Shown one piece after another: positions 63,660 through 64,000 of a stretch of DNA of 64,000 bases (positions are counted from its first letter, which is position 1; each line of letters starts with the position of its first letter). The stretch is from an uncultured Methanoregulaceae archaeon. GTDB taxonomy: Archaea > Halobacteriota > Methanomicrobia > Methanomicrobiales > Methanospirillaceae. The translations under genes and the position numbers were made by a program. The stretch covers positions 192,001-256,000 of the forward strand of contig CAWJAX010000003.1 in NCBI GenBank assembly GCA_963841015.1. Reading direction: 5' to 3'. The notes beneath the pieces are model-generated. The model was given only the letters and a program-made list of their open reading frames with translations. It did not search any database and was not told the origin of the DNA.

Positions 63660-64000
63660 TCACTTCCCCTCATTGCCTGAAAAATTCGGGCACTCCGTGA
63701 CACAGAGACTGCACCGGATCGTTGCCGTCCGTGCGATCCAGGGTGCGAGAGGGGCCATGCATTTCAATAAGAGCGTTTGTCCCAGCACCCACTTCGCAGC
63801 CGGGACCAGGATGGGGGGAACCCAGGCACTCACAGTTCGGCAACGGAACGCGTCGATACCTTCCGGCCTCAATGCTCCCTGCGGGCAAACCCTGATACAG
63901 TGTCCGCATCCTGAGCAGGCCAGGGTATCTTTTCCGACAGCATCACGGTCAGCTGGCTGGGATTCCTCTACTTGTCGTCCTGTTACAACCCCGCTCAGCA
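63660..64000 (-). CDS. C-terminus of a second QueG-like Fe-S protein, truncated by the window edge
   Basis: Frame open from the edge: LSGVVT...CSGCGHCIRVCP...C...CSLCVTECP. Confidence 0.75.
   Translation of the reverse strand, partial: LSGVVTGRQVEESQPADRDAVGKDTLACSGCGHCIRVCPQGALRPEGIDAFRCRTVSAWVPPILVPAAKWVLGQTLLLKCMAPLAPWIARTATIRCSLCVTECPNFSGNEGK

Overview
Archaeal chromosome segment, most consistent with a Methanomicrobiales (Methanoregula-like) methanogen. Evidence: Hef, SepCysS, geranylgeranyl reductase, NikR/ECF Ni-Co transporter, and REC-PAS-HK kinases with the 'RHDI.NQL' H-box. Core genes (hef, gyrBA, thiI, pscS, ppk2, family II PPase) are mixed with accessory genes: homospermidine synthase plus ornithine decarboxylase, a bacterial-type GH2 glycosidase, MarR-LonA and many small Cys-rich proteins. 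One complete IS5-family element is present with inverted repeats and an 8-bp target duplication. Several genes (gyrB, cbiM/N/Q, lon, a PH-domain gene) carry single-base frameshifts that look like sequencing errors. I saw no tRNA, rRNA or CRISPR array. The best candidate for an undescribed system is a six-gene cluster at 27.8-29.8 kb. It encodes a stand-alone CDC48/NSF-N-like barrel with 11-mer amphipathic repeats, four coiled-coil proteins (two membrane-anchored, three sharing a YxDxxFxSxxEEWDL motif) and an 8-Cys zinc finger. Also notable are a ~145-bp structured dispersed repeat, paired MarR operators and a GC-anomalous gyrase operon. All family calls come from motif recognition, not database searches.
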